DNA of 64,000 nt, taken from contig JAVLKG010000004.1 of assembly GCA_032128875.1 (NCBI GenBank), positions 576,001 through 640,000 on the forward strand. The letters run 5' to 3'. The notes under the pieces are model-generated. The model had not been told where the DNA came from. It ran no database searches and saw only the letters and a program-made list of their open reading frames with translations. The translations under genes were made by a program, and so were the position numbers. The DNA is from Candidatus Melainabacteria bacterium 17Bon1m (GTDB lineage Bacteria; Cyanobacteriota; Vampirovibrionia; Obscuribacterales; Obscuribacteraceae). This document shows, in pieces, positions 1 through 10,187 of the stretch (the stretch's first letter is position 1; each line of letters starts with the position of its first letter).

Positions 1-906
1 CGCCACAATTCGCTCCAGCTCAATGGGATAGTCAATGCCCATCGATGCTTCTTTGAGGGAAAGAGGCGGCTCGGACTGATGCTTCATCATTGTAGCCAGC
101 GCGCTGTCACCAATAAATGGCGGTGCGCCTGTCAACGCTTCGTAGAACATGCAACCAAGAGAATACAAATCACTGCGTGAGTCTACAACCAAACCCATGC
201 ACTGCTCAGGGCTCATGAACAGAGGACTGCCGAAGATTTCTCCCGTTTTTGTAAGAGTCTGCTGGTTGAATTCATCTGCACCCGTCAATTTAGCAATGCC
301 GAAATCGACTACTTTGACAATTTCTTCTTCGACTCCGTCCTTCTGGGTTTTGACGACCATGATGTTGCTTGACTTCAAATCACGGTGAATGACTCCATTC
401 TCGTGGGCGTAAGCCATTGCAAAGGCAACCTGGATAAAAATCCGAATGCATCGCTTGACAGGCAGCCTGCCGATGCGCTGAATCTCTTCGGCAAGCGTCG
501 TGCCCTCCACGAAGTCCATGACGAAATAGGGACGGCGCCCAGGCATCAGTCCAAAGTCGTGGACTTTTATCAAACTGGGGTGGTCAAGAATATGGGCTGC
601 TTTGGCTTCGTTCTGAAATCGGCGCCAGGTATCGGATTTTGGCTGTTCTTTATTGAGGCACTTAAGCGCAAATACTGTCCCCAGATGAACATGAGTGACG
701 CGAAAGACACTGCCTACGCCGCCGACACCAACCAGCTCCACGACTTTGTATCTATCCAGGACAACCGAACCCGGCTCCAAAACAACAGGAGCAATCGTTT
801 CCTCCACCCATGTGGAGTTGCCGGTGCCGCCAAAAGCTGAGCCCTTGGGCTTATCACCCTGTGACTTTTCTTCTTTCTCTCGATTTGTGGACGGATTGTC
901 TGTCAT
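1..906 (-). CDS. Hanks-type Ser/Thr protein kinase (runs off the window start)
   Basis: Translated manually, since it is absent from the ORF track: MTDNPST...YKVVELVGVGGVGSVF...FALKCL...RFQNEA...HRDLKSSNIM...DFGIAK...TGEIFGSPLFMSPEQCMG...RSDLYSLG; frame stays open to base 1. Confidence 0.95.
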   Translation of the reverse strand, partial: MTDNPSTNREKEEKSQGDKPKGSAFGGTGNSTWVEETIAPVVLEPGSVVLDRYKVVELVGVGGVGSVFRVTHVHLGTVFALKCLNKEQPKSDTWRRFQNEAKAAHILDHPSLIKVHDFGLMPGRRPYFVMDFVEGTTLAEEIQRIGRLPVKRCIRIFIQVAFAMAYAHENGVIHRDLKSSNIMVVKTQKDGVEEEIVKVVDFGIAKLTGADEFNQQTLTKTGEIFGSPLFMSPEQCMGLVVDSRSDLYSLGCMFYEALTGAPPFIGDSALATMMKHQSEPPLSLKEASMGIDYPIELERIVA

Positions 907-1020
907 TTCTACAGGTTGTGATGCCCAATATCTTGTTCCACAAAGAATTAGGCTTATTACATACTCTTGTGTCCGATAAGAACCTTTTCGCCCTTACTTA
1001 CCGGAAAGCTTTCGAGTTAT

Positions 1021-1782
1021 TCAGTTGAGATCTTCCATAATTTCGCGCATGTCATCGGTTTTGTCGCCGAAAGTTATGTCGCTTTCGGTTGTGTTTTTGT
1101 AATCACGTGGAATTGAAAAAATACTTTTTTGAAATGGTTTTTGCTGCGCGGTAATGGTATCGAGTGTGGTGAATACAATTTCAGAGCGGTTATAAGCAAG
1201 ACCCTGACCAAACCTGTATGGCTTGCCTATTTTTACATACTTGAGCGGAATGCCATCAGCTGGTTGTATGTGAAACATTTGCACGAGGAAAGTGCGAATG
1301 TGCGGGTCGATTTTTATGCTCGTATTGACGAAGTATGTGCCTGCTTTTCCACGCTTTAAGTCAACGAGCTTGCCGTCCTTCGATTTGAACGGCAAGGCGT
1401 AAGCCTTGGCCGGAAGCCCTTTGTAGAGAAATGCTTTTTTCTCAACAACAAGCGGCCAATCGGTGGCACCGTCAAAAAACTCGATATGCTTTGGCCCGTT
1501 GCGGATGAAATTGGCATAAGTGAGATGAGCGATCTTCCGCTTCTTTGGCTGAAAAACAGCAACATTCCAGGACGGTCCGGAAATAACGAATGTCAGTCCG
1601 TTCTTCTGAACAATGCGAGCATGATTTTTCGCGATTTGCACTTCAATGTCGCCGAGACCCTTGTGTCGCTGGTACAAACTAAGCATTGGCTCGGCATGAG
1701 CGCTCTGAGCAAAGAAAAAACTGGCTGCAACGCTCAAAAATGATGCGGAGGCAAGAATTCCGGCGATATTCTTGTGGTCCAT
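1021..1782 (-). CDS. exported hypothetical protein
   Basis: 253-aa ORF with a Sec signal peptide ending AQSAHA; no recognised domain. Confidence 0.8.
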   Translation of the reverse strand: MDHKNIAGILASASFLSVAASFFFAQSAHAEPMLSLYQRHKGLGDIEVQIAKNHARIVQKNGLTFVISGPSWNVAVFQPKKRKIAHLTYANFIRNGPKHIEFFDGATDWPLVVEKKAFLYKGLPAKAYALPFKSKDGKLVDLKRGKAGTYFVNTSIKIDPHIRTFLVQMFHIQPADGIPLKYVKIGKPYRFGQGLAYNRSEIVFTTLDTITAQQKPFQKSIFSIPRDYKNTTESDITFGDKTDDMREIMEDLN

Positions 1783-1874
1783 CAGAGTCAGATGCTCGCA
1801 TGGGAATTCATTCTATTTTTCCACGTCGGCTAGTATATAAAGGCGCTAATATATGAAAAGCCTGTGAGGGGTCA

Positions 1875-2714
1875 TTGTTTCGGGTGTTTATTTCGGGAAT
1901 TTCGTTGGCCGTAGGTGTTTACGTAGCTCTTGCTCCGCGCATGGCTCGTCCCTTGTACCGCCAATTCTTGTTTCATCCCGATCCTTACCCGCAAGATATC
2001 GAGACGGCTCCCATTCTAGGCGGCGTTCAAGGAGAGGATGTCTACTTCCTCTCACGTAAAGGGCGTCGTTTGCACGGCTGGATCTTCGAAAAACCGGGCG
2101 CCCGCGACTGGATGCTTGTTAGCCACGGCAATGCCGGCAACATCGCCAATCGAATGGAGCTAATTCATCTGCTTCTGCGCGCCGGAGTTTCTGTCTTTAT
2201 CTATGACTATCAAGGCTATGGACGCAGCCAAGGAAAACCTGACATTCCCGACATTTGCTATGACGGCGAAGCAGCATACGATTTTCTGGTAGAGGAAAAG
2301 AATGTGCGGCAGGAAGAAATCATTCTGTACGGCGAATCCTTAGGCGCCTCAGTGGCCGGATACATTTCAAGAGTCCGGCGATCGAAAGGGCTCATTCTCC
2401 AATCTGGTTTTGCATCACTAGAGCGTATCGCCCGCGAGTCGCTTCCAATACTGCGCATTTATCCTGACTTTCTTTTCCCCCAGTCGTTTTTAAATAACAC
2501 GGCAGTTTTGCAGCAGCCGCATCCTCCCGTTTTAATTGCCCATGGATTGAACGATTCCGTAATCGATTTTGAGCACGCCAGCCATTTGTTCAAAACTGCT
2601 GTCGGGAAGAAAATTTTGTTAGAACTGCCGGAGAGCGCTCACAGCGACATAACCATAAGTGCGCCGGAAAAATTTCAGTCGGCGATTATGGAATTTCTTT
2701 CCGGGCTTTCTTAG
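1875..2714 (+). CDS. alpha/beta hydrolase (ABHD/Bem46-like)
   Basis: Motifs SHGNAGN, DYQGYGRSQG, nucleophile elbow GESLG, HGLNDSVI, SAHSD; N-terminal anchor. Confidence 0.92.
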   Translation: MFRVFISGISLAVGVYVALAPRMARPLYRQFLFHPDPYPQDIETAPILGGVQGEDVYFLSRKGRRLHGWIFEKPGARDWMLVSHGNAGNIANRMELIHLLLRAGVSVFIYDYQGYGRSQGKPDIPDICYDGEAAYDFLVEEKNVRQEEIILYGESLGASVAGYISRVRRSKGLILQSGFASLERIARESLPILRIYPDFLFPQSFLNNTAVLQQPHPPVLIAHGLNDSVIDFEHASHLFKTAVGKKILLELPESAHSDITISAPEKFQSAIMEFLSGLS

Positions 2715-2735
2715 TTTTGTTTTTCAACCAAGAAG

Positions 2736-5021
2736 TTATTTAGCCGAAACACCTTCACGACGAAGGCGGATCAAGTTCAGCGCCGAGCCGGCTTTGAACC
2801 AACCGATTTGCTCTTCGGTCATGGTGTGCTTCAACTCGATTTTGTCTTCGGTACCATCGGCATGGCGAATGACCATTTCGACATTCTTGCCGGGCGCGAT
2901 TTTAGCCAGATCGAGCAGGCTGACTCTGTCGGTTTCGCCAATCTTGTCGTAGTCTTCAGGTTTAACAAAAGTGAATGGCAAAATCCCTTGCTTCTTGAGA
3001 TTCGTTTCGTGAATTCGAGCAAAACTCTTTACCACGACTGCTTTGCAGTTGAGGAAGCGAGGCGACATCGCCGCGTGCTCACGGCTCGAACCTTCACCGT
3101 AGTTAAGATCGCCGACTGCAATCCAACCAAGACCGTTTGCTTTGTAGTTGCGTGCAACGGCTTGAAAAGCCTTTCTTTCGCCGTTCAACACATCCAGTCC
3201 GATACCGATATCTTTAGTGAATGCATTGGTCGCACCGCTAAACATGTTGTCGCTGATCTTGTCGAGGTGACCTCTATAGCGCAGCCAAGGACCAGCAGCC
3301 GAAATATGATCGGTGGTGCATTTGCCCAGTGCTTTCATCAAGATCGGCAAGTTCACGTAGTCTTTGCCATCCCAAGCTTCAAATGGCTCGAGCAACTGCA
3401 ATCTTTCTGAGGTCGGTTTTACATCGACTACAACTTTGTCGCCATCTTTAGCTGGTGGAATAAAACCAGTTTCGTCAGCAATAAAACCTTGCTCCGGAAG
3501 CTCTTGAGCAGTCGGTGGATTGAGCTTGAATTCCTTACCGTCTGTGCCTTTCAGCGTGTCGGTCAGGGGGTTGAATTTCAGGCTTCCAGCCAGAGCCAAG
3601 GCAGTGACGATTTCAGGACTGCCGATGAAAGCTAACGTTTCGGCGTTGCCATCATTTCTCTTTTGGAAATTTCTGTTGAAAGAAGTGATGATCGAATTTC
3701 TTTCGCCAGGTGTGATGTCATCTCTTTTCCACTGCCCAATGCACGGTCCGCAGGCATTGGCGAGCACCGTTCCACCGATTGTTTCTAACGTCTTCAATTG
3801 ACCATCTCTGCCGATGGTTTTGTAAATTTGCTCAGAACCAGGTGAGATAAGAAAACCGATGTCAGCTTTGACGCCGTGCTCACCAGCTTGGTTAGCCACA
3901 TGTGCAGCTCTGCCCATATCTTCATAAGAAGAATTTGTGCAGCTTCCAATCAACGCATATTTCAGATGCTCGGGATATCCCTTCTCGTCTACTTCTTTAG
4001 CCAGCGCTGAGATTGGGCGTGCCAGGTCGGGGGTGTGTGGTCCGACAACATATGGTTCGAGCGTATCGAGATCGATCTCGATGACTTGGTCGAAGTAGTT
4101 CTTGTAGTCTTTTTCTACTTCAGGATCGGCTACCAGGTGTTCTCTGTATTGCTCTGCCAGTGCGGCAATCTCTTCGCGCTTTGTAGCGCGCAGGTATTTC
4201 GCCATTCGATCGTCGAACGGGAAGATGGAGGTTGTAGCGCCAAGCTCGGCACCCATGTTTGTAATTGTGCCTTTACCTGTGCAGCTAATCGATTCGGTTC
4301 CGGGTCCGAAGTATTCGACAATAGCGCCAGTACCGCCTGCTACAGTCAGGATGCCAGCCAGTTTCAAAATTACATCTTTAGGTGCTGTCCAGCCATTCAA
4401 CTTTCCAGTCAGACGAACACCAATAAGCTTGGGCCATCTAACGCCCCATGGTTCGCCCGCCATCACATCCACAGCATCGGCGCCGCCGACACCAATCGCT
4501 ATCATGCCTAGACCGCCGGCATTAGGTGTATGCGAGTCAGTACCGATCATCATGCCGCCAGGAAAAGCGTAATTTTCCAAAACGACCTGGTGGATAATTC
4601 CCGAGCCCGGCTTCCAAAAGCCGATGCCATGCTTCTCGGCAGCGGTGCGCAAGAAGTTGTAGACCTCGGAATTTTCACTGAGAGCATTTTCCATGTCTTT
4701 GTCTGCGCCCACTCTGGCAAGGATCAAGTGGTCGCAGTGAATGGTCGAAGGGACAGCGACTGTCTTCAACTTGGCTTGCATAAATTGCAGTACTGCCATT
4801 TGAGCTGTCGCATCTTGCATCGCCACACGGTCCGGACGCAAGAGGGCATAACTTTCTCCACGCTTCGGGTGCTTCTCTGAAGCGTCCCAGTGGTCAAGGT
4901 GAGCCGTGAGGATTTTCTCTGCCAGGGTCAAGCCACGCCCAAACCGCTTGCGAGCCTCAGCATGCTTTTCAGGCAATGACTCATAGATTTTCTTGATGTC
5001 GTTGGCGCTAAGTTCAGTCAT
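2736..5021 (-). CDS. acn: aconitate hydratase (mitochondrial/Bacteroidetes-like type)
   Basis: [83 protein letters not shown] at 5021 chosen. Confidence 0.97.
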   Translation of the reverse strand: MTELSANDIKKIYESLPEKHAEARKRFGRGLTLAEKILTAHLDHWDASEKHPKRGESYALLRPDRVAMQDATAQMAVLQFMQAKLKTVAVPSTIHCDHLILARVGADKDMENALSENSEVYNFLRTAAEKHGIGFWKPGSGIIHQVVLENYAFPGGMMIGTDSHTPNAGGLGMIAIGVGGADAVDVMAGEPWGVRWPKLIGVRLTGKLNGWTAPKDVILKLAGILTVAGGTGAIVEYFGPGTESISCTGKGTITNMGAELGATTSIFPFDDRMAKYLRATKREEIAALAEQYREHLVADPEVEKDYKNYFDQVIEIDLDTLEPYVVGPHTPDLARPISALAKEVDEKGYPEHLKYALIGSCTNSSYEDMGRAAHVANQAGEHGVKADIGFLISPGSEQIYKTIGRDGQLKTLETIGGTVLANACGPCIGQWKRDDITPGERNSIITSFNRNFQKRNDGNAETLAFIGSPEIVTALALAGSLKFNPLTDTLKGTDGKEFKLNPPTAQELPEQGFIADETGFIPPAKDGDKVVVDVKPTSERLQLLEPFEAWDGKDYVNLPILMKALGKCTTDHISAAGPWLRYRGHLDKISDNMFSGATNAFTKDIGIGLDVLNGERKAFQAVARNYKANGLGWIAVGDLNYGEGSSREHAAMSPRFLNCKAVVVKSFARIHETNLKKQGILPFTFVKPEDYDKIGETDRVSLLDLAKIAPGKNVEMVIRHADGTEDKIELKHTMTEEQIGWFKAGSALNLIRLRREGVSAK

Positions 5022-5120
5022 CGGCGTGCCCTCTTCATTCAATATGTGGATATATTGATCTTATCGTGAACAGAGGCTCTAAGCCCCAAAATTTAGGGTT
5101 ATTGCGCATTTCTAAAATTC

Positions 5121-5151
5121 GGGAGGCTGGTCTTGATAACACCAGCCTCCC
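5121..5151 (-). terminator. stem-loop, probable terminator of the TPR + ESESGG-repeat unit
   Basis: Perfect 11-bp inverted repeat gggaggctggt/accagcctccc, about 40 bp after the stop at 5194, followed by gaatttt on the minus strand. Confidence 0.7.
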
Positions 5152-5193
5152 TGAATTATGTTTGCTTCGGACTGCCGAAACCCAGATGGTGAC

Positions 5194-5601
5194 TTAGTAG
5201 TTTCTGATTTCTACACCAGGTCCGCCGGACTCGGATTCATTTCCTGCATTGCCTGGTCCGCCACTTTCACTGGAGCCGCCAGCGTTGTAAACACCGCCGC
5301 TTTCAGAAGAGCCACCCGAAGCACGAGCGCCACCTGTTTCGGATTCATTGCCTTGATCTGTCGGTCCGCCTGACTCGGATTCTTGTTCTCCGCCGTAGAC
5401 ACCGCCAGATTCAGATTCTCCGCCACCGAAGAAAACTCCACCCGACTCCGATTCAAGTTGGGTCATTTTCACAGGCGAGTTGACAGGGAGATTATTTTGA
5501 CCGAAGCCGTTGTCAAATGCCTTGGCTGATGGGCAATAGGTCAAGATCAGAGCGGCGGCTGCAATAACTGCATAGGCCGGATACTCATTTGTTTTCAACA
5601 T
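5194..5601 (-). CDS. small exported protein with seven 12-aa (E/S)SE(S/T)GG repeats
   Basis: Signal peptide ending PSAKA, gagg RBS, strict 36-bp periodicity. Confidence 0.85.
   Translation of the reverse strand: MLKTNEYPAYAVIAAAALILTYCPSAKAFDNGFGQNNLPVNSPVKMTQLESESGGVFFGGGESESGGVYGGEQESESGGPTDQGNESETGGARASGGSSESGGVYNAGGSSESGGPGNAGNESESGGPGVEIRNY
5221..5454 (-). repeat. coding tandem repeat, 7 x 36 bp
   Basis: ESESGGVFFGGG/ESESGGVYGGEQ/ESESGGPTDQGN/ESETGGARASGG/SSESGGVYNAGG/SSESGGPGNAGN/ESESGGPG. Confidence 0.9.
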
Positions 5602-5634
5602 CTCATTTTCCTCAATTTGAAAAACTTGTCGTGC

Positions 5635-6489
5635 CTAGCGGGGATCTGCGACTTTGGTGGAAGACGGTGTGAAACCCATCTTCTTTGCAGTCTCCGAGTC
5701 GCTTTGTGCCTGTTTGTCTTTGCCGACTGCTTTGTAGCTCAGCCCACGGTGATGGTAGACGTGTGCCAAGCGACCGTTGTATTTCAATGCCTTGGAGTAA
5801 TCATCGACTGCTTTGTCGTGATAGCCCTGTTTGGCAAGCGATCTTGCGCGGTTGACGTACGCGGCTGACAGCTTGGGATTGATTTGCAAAGCGAGTGTTG
5901 CGGCATCAGCGGCATCGTTGTTATTGCCTTGCATATGCAGGGCGTGCGCCTTATTGACCAACGCCAACGCGCGTGCGTGAGGGGCTTTCATCCCAGCAGC
6001 TTTGTCAGCATCAGCAATCGCCTTGTCATATTGCTTCAAGCCGTTGTAAGCATGGGCTCTGTTAACGTAAGCCATCGGCATATTGGGATCGAGCTCAATA
6101 GCGCGATTGAGATCTTCGAGTGCTTCTTTGTACTTGCCGGTTTTGTTATAGGCCCAACCGCGATTAACATACGCAGCAGAAGCCTTTGCATCCAACTGGA
6201 TGGCCTTGCCGGCATCTTCAATTGCAGCGCTATAGCGACCCAAGCGATCATTTACCAGGGCGCGATTGCAGTAAGCTTTGGCGCTGTTCGGATTGGCTTT
6301 GATTGCTTCATCGAGCTTGCTGCAAGCATCTTTGTACTTGTCCTTTTTCATCAGGTTTTCTGCGTTCTTAATTGCATCCGTGGACGGGTCCGCTGACGCG
6401 GCACAAAGACCTGCTGTCGAAGCCAATGCGGCTATCGACAATGCGGAAAGAAACGAGCGAGCATATAGCGAGCCACTCGGTGATTTCAT
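5635..6489 (-). CDS. exported TPR-repeat protein
   Basis: Repeated AYxNR(A/G)...A..D...AI.L.P TPR units; aggagg RBS before ATG 6489; N-terminal signal peptide. Confidence 0.92.
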   Translation of the reverse strand: MKSPSGSLYARSFLSALSIAALASTAGLCAASADPSTDAIKNAENLMKKDKYKDACSKLDEAIKANPNSAKAYCNRALVNDRLGRYSAAIEDAGKAIQLDAKASAAYVNRGWAYNKTGKYKEALEDLNRAIELDPNMPMAYVNRAHAYNGLKQYDKAIADADKAAGMKAPHARALALVNKAHALHMQGNNNDAADAATLALQINPKLSAAYVNRARSLAKQGYHDKAVDDYSKALKYNGRLAHVYHHRGLSYKAVGKDKQAQSDSETAKKMGFTPSSTKVADPR

Positions 6490-6721
6490 CTTGAAAATCC
6501 TCCTAAACCTGATGTCTTGCGGAATTTGCATGCCTGCAAGTGAAGTTTGAATTGCGGTTTATCCCACAATATTCTTGCAGGCGCAAAGCCCTTTAACAGA
6601 ATGTTTAATTGCCGCTTATCAATTCTTATCCCACCTCCTGAAGCCTAGATTCCTAGCCAGGCCTACAGTGTAGGGTTTTCATGTGGGGGAAGTGTGAGGA
6701 CTAAACTGCCATCTTGAGCAG

Positions 6722-8014
6722 TCAAGAAGAATTTTTTGCTTCTTTAATTCGCTTCACCAGTTCAACTTTCGCTCGATCTAGTTGATTGTCGTTAGAGCTT
6801 GTTTTGTCGTTCTCGACATTAATATCAGGTTCTACACCGATGCCTTCCAATCGAACGCCCGAGAGCGAACAATCAAGAATCGCTAGATAGAGAAAACACT
6901 TGTCGTTTATCGGTTCCATCGAGCCGGCTAAGAAATAGCCGGCGGTCCGATCGCCAATTAGAAGAGCTCTTTTGGTTTTCTTCAGCGCATATGCCAGTTC
7001 TTCTTTTCCACTTCGTGAGCCACCATTGGCGATGGCGACCATTGGCTTGTTGAAGATGACAGTCGAAACACGTTTTTTTCCGTTGCGATCGGTGGTCTCA
7101 AAATCCGGATAGGCAGCGGCTTGACGAAAGAACGGATCGAGGGCATCCGGAGAGCAAGCACCATACCCATCTCGTAAATCAAGAATAAGACCGTCGCAGT
7201 CTCTTAAAATTCGCTGAAAAAGAACATCTCCCATGGCTTCCTGAGCCTTAGAACCCCCACACCATAAATGCACATAGCCGAGCGTCTGTCCGTCGACAGT
7301 GAAGCGGCGAACGCTCTTGGTCACTGCATTGACATACATGTCATACATGGGCTTCTTTGCCACTTTGACAGACACGGTGATTTTTTCCGTGCCGCGCAAC
7401 AGCTCAATTTGAGCAGGTTGATTTCCCAAGGCAAAGAAATTTGCCAAGCCGACGTATTTGTTGCCGTTGACGGAAAGAATCTTGTCAGCGACCTGAATAT
7501 GCGCCTTTTCGGCTGGTGAATCATTTAAAACAAAGCGCACCCGGTTATGCTCGAATCCTGCGCCGCCAGTCACAAAACCAGGAAAGAAGCATTCACCTTT
7601 CGATCTGTTTTCGTTATTGAAAAGAGAATAGAGAAAATAGTATGTGTCGTCATTGACGGTGAGAAAGCGACAATGACTGCTTTTCAGCTCATCAATTGCG
7701 ACATTCAATGCAGTCGAAAGTTCAATCAGATTCTTCGCTGCAAGAATCTTCCCTCTCTGCTTTTCCAAAGCCTGAGGCCAAACGTTTTGACTGAGATCCT
7801 TTGAATAGAGCGATTTTCTCACGTGTTTATCGACAGCATCAATGACGCTGCTATTGAAATTTCTATCGCAAGTCAAAGAGGAAAGCGGATCAGCAGCAGT
7901 AGCCTTCACGCTTTCAACAGCCGGCGATGGCTGAAGAGCGTAGGCGAACAACAAAGCGACTGAGAGAATGTTCAGAAATTTGGAATTTGTGCGATTGTAA
8001 TTTGCAGGCAGCAA
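6722..8014 (-). CDS. S41 family (tail-specific/CtpA-like) peptidase with PDZ domain
   Basis: SHCRF; PDZ SPAEKAHIQVADKILSVNG; LILDLRDGYG, SRSGKE, LIGDRTAG, LEGIGVEPDI; signal peptide. Confidence 0.9.
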   Translation of the reverse strand: MLPANYNRTNSKFLNILSVALLFAYALQPSPAVESVKATAADPLSSLTCDRNFNSSVIDAVDKHVRKSLYSKDLSQNVWPQALEKQRGKILAAKNLIELSTALNVAIDELKSSHCRFLTVNDDTYYFLYSLFNNENRSKGECFFPGFVTGGAGFEHNRVRFVLNDSPAEKAHIQVADKILSVNGNKYVGLANFFALGNQPAQIELLRGTEKITVSVKVAKKPMYDMYVNAVTKSVRRFTVDGQTLGYVHLWCGGSKAQEAMGDVLFQRILRDCDGLILDLRDGYGACSPDALDPFFRQAAAYPDFETTDRNGKKRVSTVIFNKPMVAIANGGSRSGKEELAYALKKTKRALLIGDRTAGYFLAGSMEPINDKCFLYLAILDCSLSGVRLEGIGVEPDINVENDKTSSNDNQLDRAKVELVKRIKEAKNSS

Positions 8015-8090
8015 CGTATGATCATTCTCCGTATTTAGAACTTGCTCCGCTTGACGAGTTTCATAATAGCGGATTGCCTATGAGCCTTGC

Positions 8091-9440
8091 ATGACCACCG
8101 AGAGTGAAACTAAAAACGGCCAGGCTGCTGCTAATGCATCCGAGCACGCGCCATGCAAGATACCGCCGGCTGTTTTTATTCCCACCCTCTACTTTATGGA
8201 AGGGTTGCCGTACACCATAGTCAATATGATGGCGGTAGTTTTCTACAAGAATCTCGGCGCCAGTAATGAATTTATTGGTGCGGTGACAAGCGTCCTTTCC
8301 TTTGCCTGGACGTTGAAATTCATCTGGGCTCCGCTTATCGATATTTATGGAACCAGACGCGGATGGATTGTGGTAGCACAGCTGGTGCTGTCAGCAATGT
8401 GCGCCCTCTTAGCTGGATCTGCTTTCCTGCCGGACAGCATTGCCCTGTCCGTGGGCGCCTTGGCTTTGATTGCGCTGGCATCTGCCACTCAAGATGTGGC
8501 CATAGATGGCTACTACATGGACGTTTTGAACAAGCAACAGCAGGCTGTCTATGTAGGTGTGAGAAATGCAATCTACAAAATCGCTGTATTGGTGGGACAA
8601 GGACCGCTTGTTATGCTTGCCGGTTTCATTGCCGCTTCATCCGGAAAGATCAACTATTCATCAGGCTGGGCCACATCGTTCTTCGTATGCTGTGCGCTCT
8701 TTTTCTCTTTCGGCCTTTTGCATCTATTTATACTGCCGAAAATAGAGAGTCCCGAGACAACAGGAAAGGCGCAAGGTGAGAAAGTTGATCTTGTGCAAGG
8801 TTTGAAACGCTTTGGCAGCGTGCTCCAGACTTTTGTTGACCAGGATCGAATTGCAGTCATTTGCTTGTACATATTTATATTCAGATTCGGCGATGCGCTG
8901 ATGCTGAAAATGACGATGCCTTTTCTTCTTGATGGAAAGTCGAATGGAGGTCTTGCCATTTCAACCCAAGACGTCGGACTTATATATGGAACGGTTGGTC
9001 CGATCTTCTTATTGTTGGGCGGCTTGCTTGGCGGTTATCTGGTAGCGAAGTTTGGTCTGAAAAAGGTATTGATGCCGACCGCCCTCGTTCAGAGCGGAGC
9101 CATACCTTTATATTGGGCGCTCGCTTATTTCAAACCACAGGATCATGCCTGGATTTATGCAGCCAACTCATTCGAGCAATTCTCTTACGGCTTAGGTACT
9201 GCAGCTTATACGGTCTTTCTTTTGTCAGTCGTGAAACCGGAGTATAAGGCCGCACACTATGCAATTGCCACGGCAATAATGGCTCTCGGTCTCATTGTTC
9301 CTGGCTATATAAGCGGTTATATGACTACGTGGTTGGGCTACCCGAACTTTTTCCTGGTTAGTTTTCTCGCTTCGATTCCTGGAATCATCACAATCTTCTT
9401 TTTGCCAATTAAATCCAGCGAAGAAAAAATGGCTGCATAA
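8091..9440 (+). CDS. ampG: AmpG-like MFS permease (muropeptide transporter family)
   Basis: LYFMEGLP, LKFIWAPLID, SATQDVAIDG, FRFGDA; about 12 TM segments. Confidence 0.85.
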   Translation: MTTESETKNGQAAANASEHAPCKIPPAVFIPTLYFMEGLPYTIVNMMAVVFYKNLGASNEFIGAVTSVLSFAWTLKFIWAPLIDIYGTRRGWIVVAQLVLSAMCALLAGSAFLPDSIALSVGALALIALASATQDVAIDGYYMDVLNKQQQAVYVGVRNAIYKIAVLVGQGPLVMLAGFIAASSGKINYSSGWATSFFVCCALFFSFGLLHLFILPKIESPETTGKAQGEKVDLVQGLKRFGSVLQTFVDQDRIAVICLYIFIFRFGDALMLKMTMPFLLDGKSNGGLAISTQDVGLIYGTVGPIFLLLGGLLGGYLVAKFGLKKVLMPTALVQSGAIPLYWALAYFKPQDHAWIYAANSFEQFSYGLGTAAYTVFLLSVVKPEYKAAHYAIATAIMALGLIVPGYISGYMTTWLGYPNFFLVSFLASIPGIITIFFLPIKSSEEKMAA

Positions 9441-9487
9441 CGAGCTTTTATGTATACGGTCATTAGCTAACGCATTGCTGACGAAAA

Positions 9488-9994
9488 TCAATTTCGAAGT
9501 TGAGCTACAACTTCCTTCACAATTTGATCTGGTGTCTTCTGAGCATCGACATTGATGGAATCATCGCCTTCCGGCTGCTGTAGTGTTTCGAACTGACTCT
9601 CCAAAAGACTAGCTGGCATGAAATGCCCTTTGCGTTTTGCCAATCTCTCTTTTGCTACGTCAAAAGGAATATTCAGAAATACGAATTGGACTTGTTTGTC
9701 AACTCTCAGCTTTTCTCTGTAGCTGTGCTTGAGCGCCGAGCATGCAAGAACTGCTGCCTTCCCCTTGGACAAGTAGTTTTCAATTTCTGTCCGTAATGAA
9801 TCTAACCAGGCGGCTCGGTCCTCATCGGTCAGCGGAATGCCTTTTGCCATTTTGTCGACATTCGCCTTTGAATGAAACTGGTCTCCTTCGATGAAGAACC
9901 AGTCGAGCTCCTCAGCCAGTGCCTTGCCGACGGTGGTCTTACCCGAGCCGGAAACGCCCATAACGATGAGAAATCGAGTGCTGAGTTCCTTCAA
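9488..9994 (-). CDS. gntK: gluconokinase (GntK/IdnK family)
   Basis: MGVSGSGKTT P-loop, EGDQFH, GIPLTDEDR, ACSALK, HFMPASLLESQFETLQ. Confidence 0.95.
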   Translation of the reverse strand: MKELSTRFLIVMGVSGSGKTTVGKALAEELDWFFIEGDQFHSKANVDKMAKGIPLTDEDRAAWLDSLRTEIENYLSKGKAAVLACSALKHSYREKLRVDKQVQFVFLNIPFDVAKERLAKRKGHFMPASLLESQFETLQQPEGDDSINVDAQKTPDQIVKEVVAQLRN

Positions 9995-10187
9995 TGTCGT
10001 GCTCCGCGGGAATTCATCTTTTCAAATCAGATTCAAGTAGGATCTGACGATTATGCAGATATTACTGTATATTAGCTAAAGGGTTATCGAACGGATTCCG
10101 AAATGGGTCACTACTGCCCGCTTCCGAGATATTTTACAGCTGATACTACCGGTAGTATCAAGTCATAAATCCGAACCAGGTGAATAA

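Noticed and set aside
149-1028. Plus-strand ORFs from the track
   Set aside because: They overlap the clear minus-strand kinase, which the track omits because it lacks a stop in the window
5194-5601. Graspetide (ATP-grasp RiPP) assignment for the ESESGG protein
   Set aside because: No ATP-grasp ligase in the window, and the protein has a Sec signal rather than a graspetide leader
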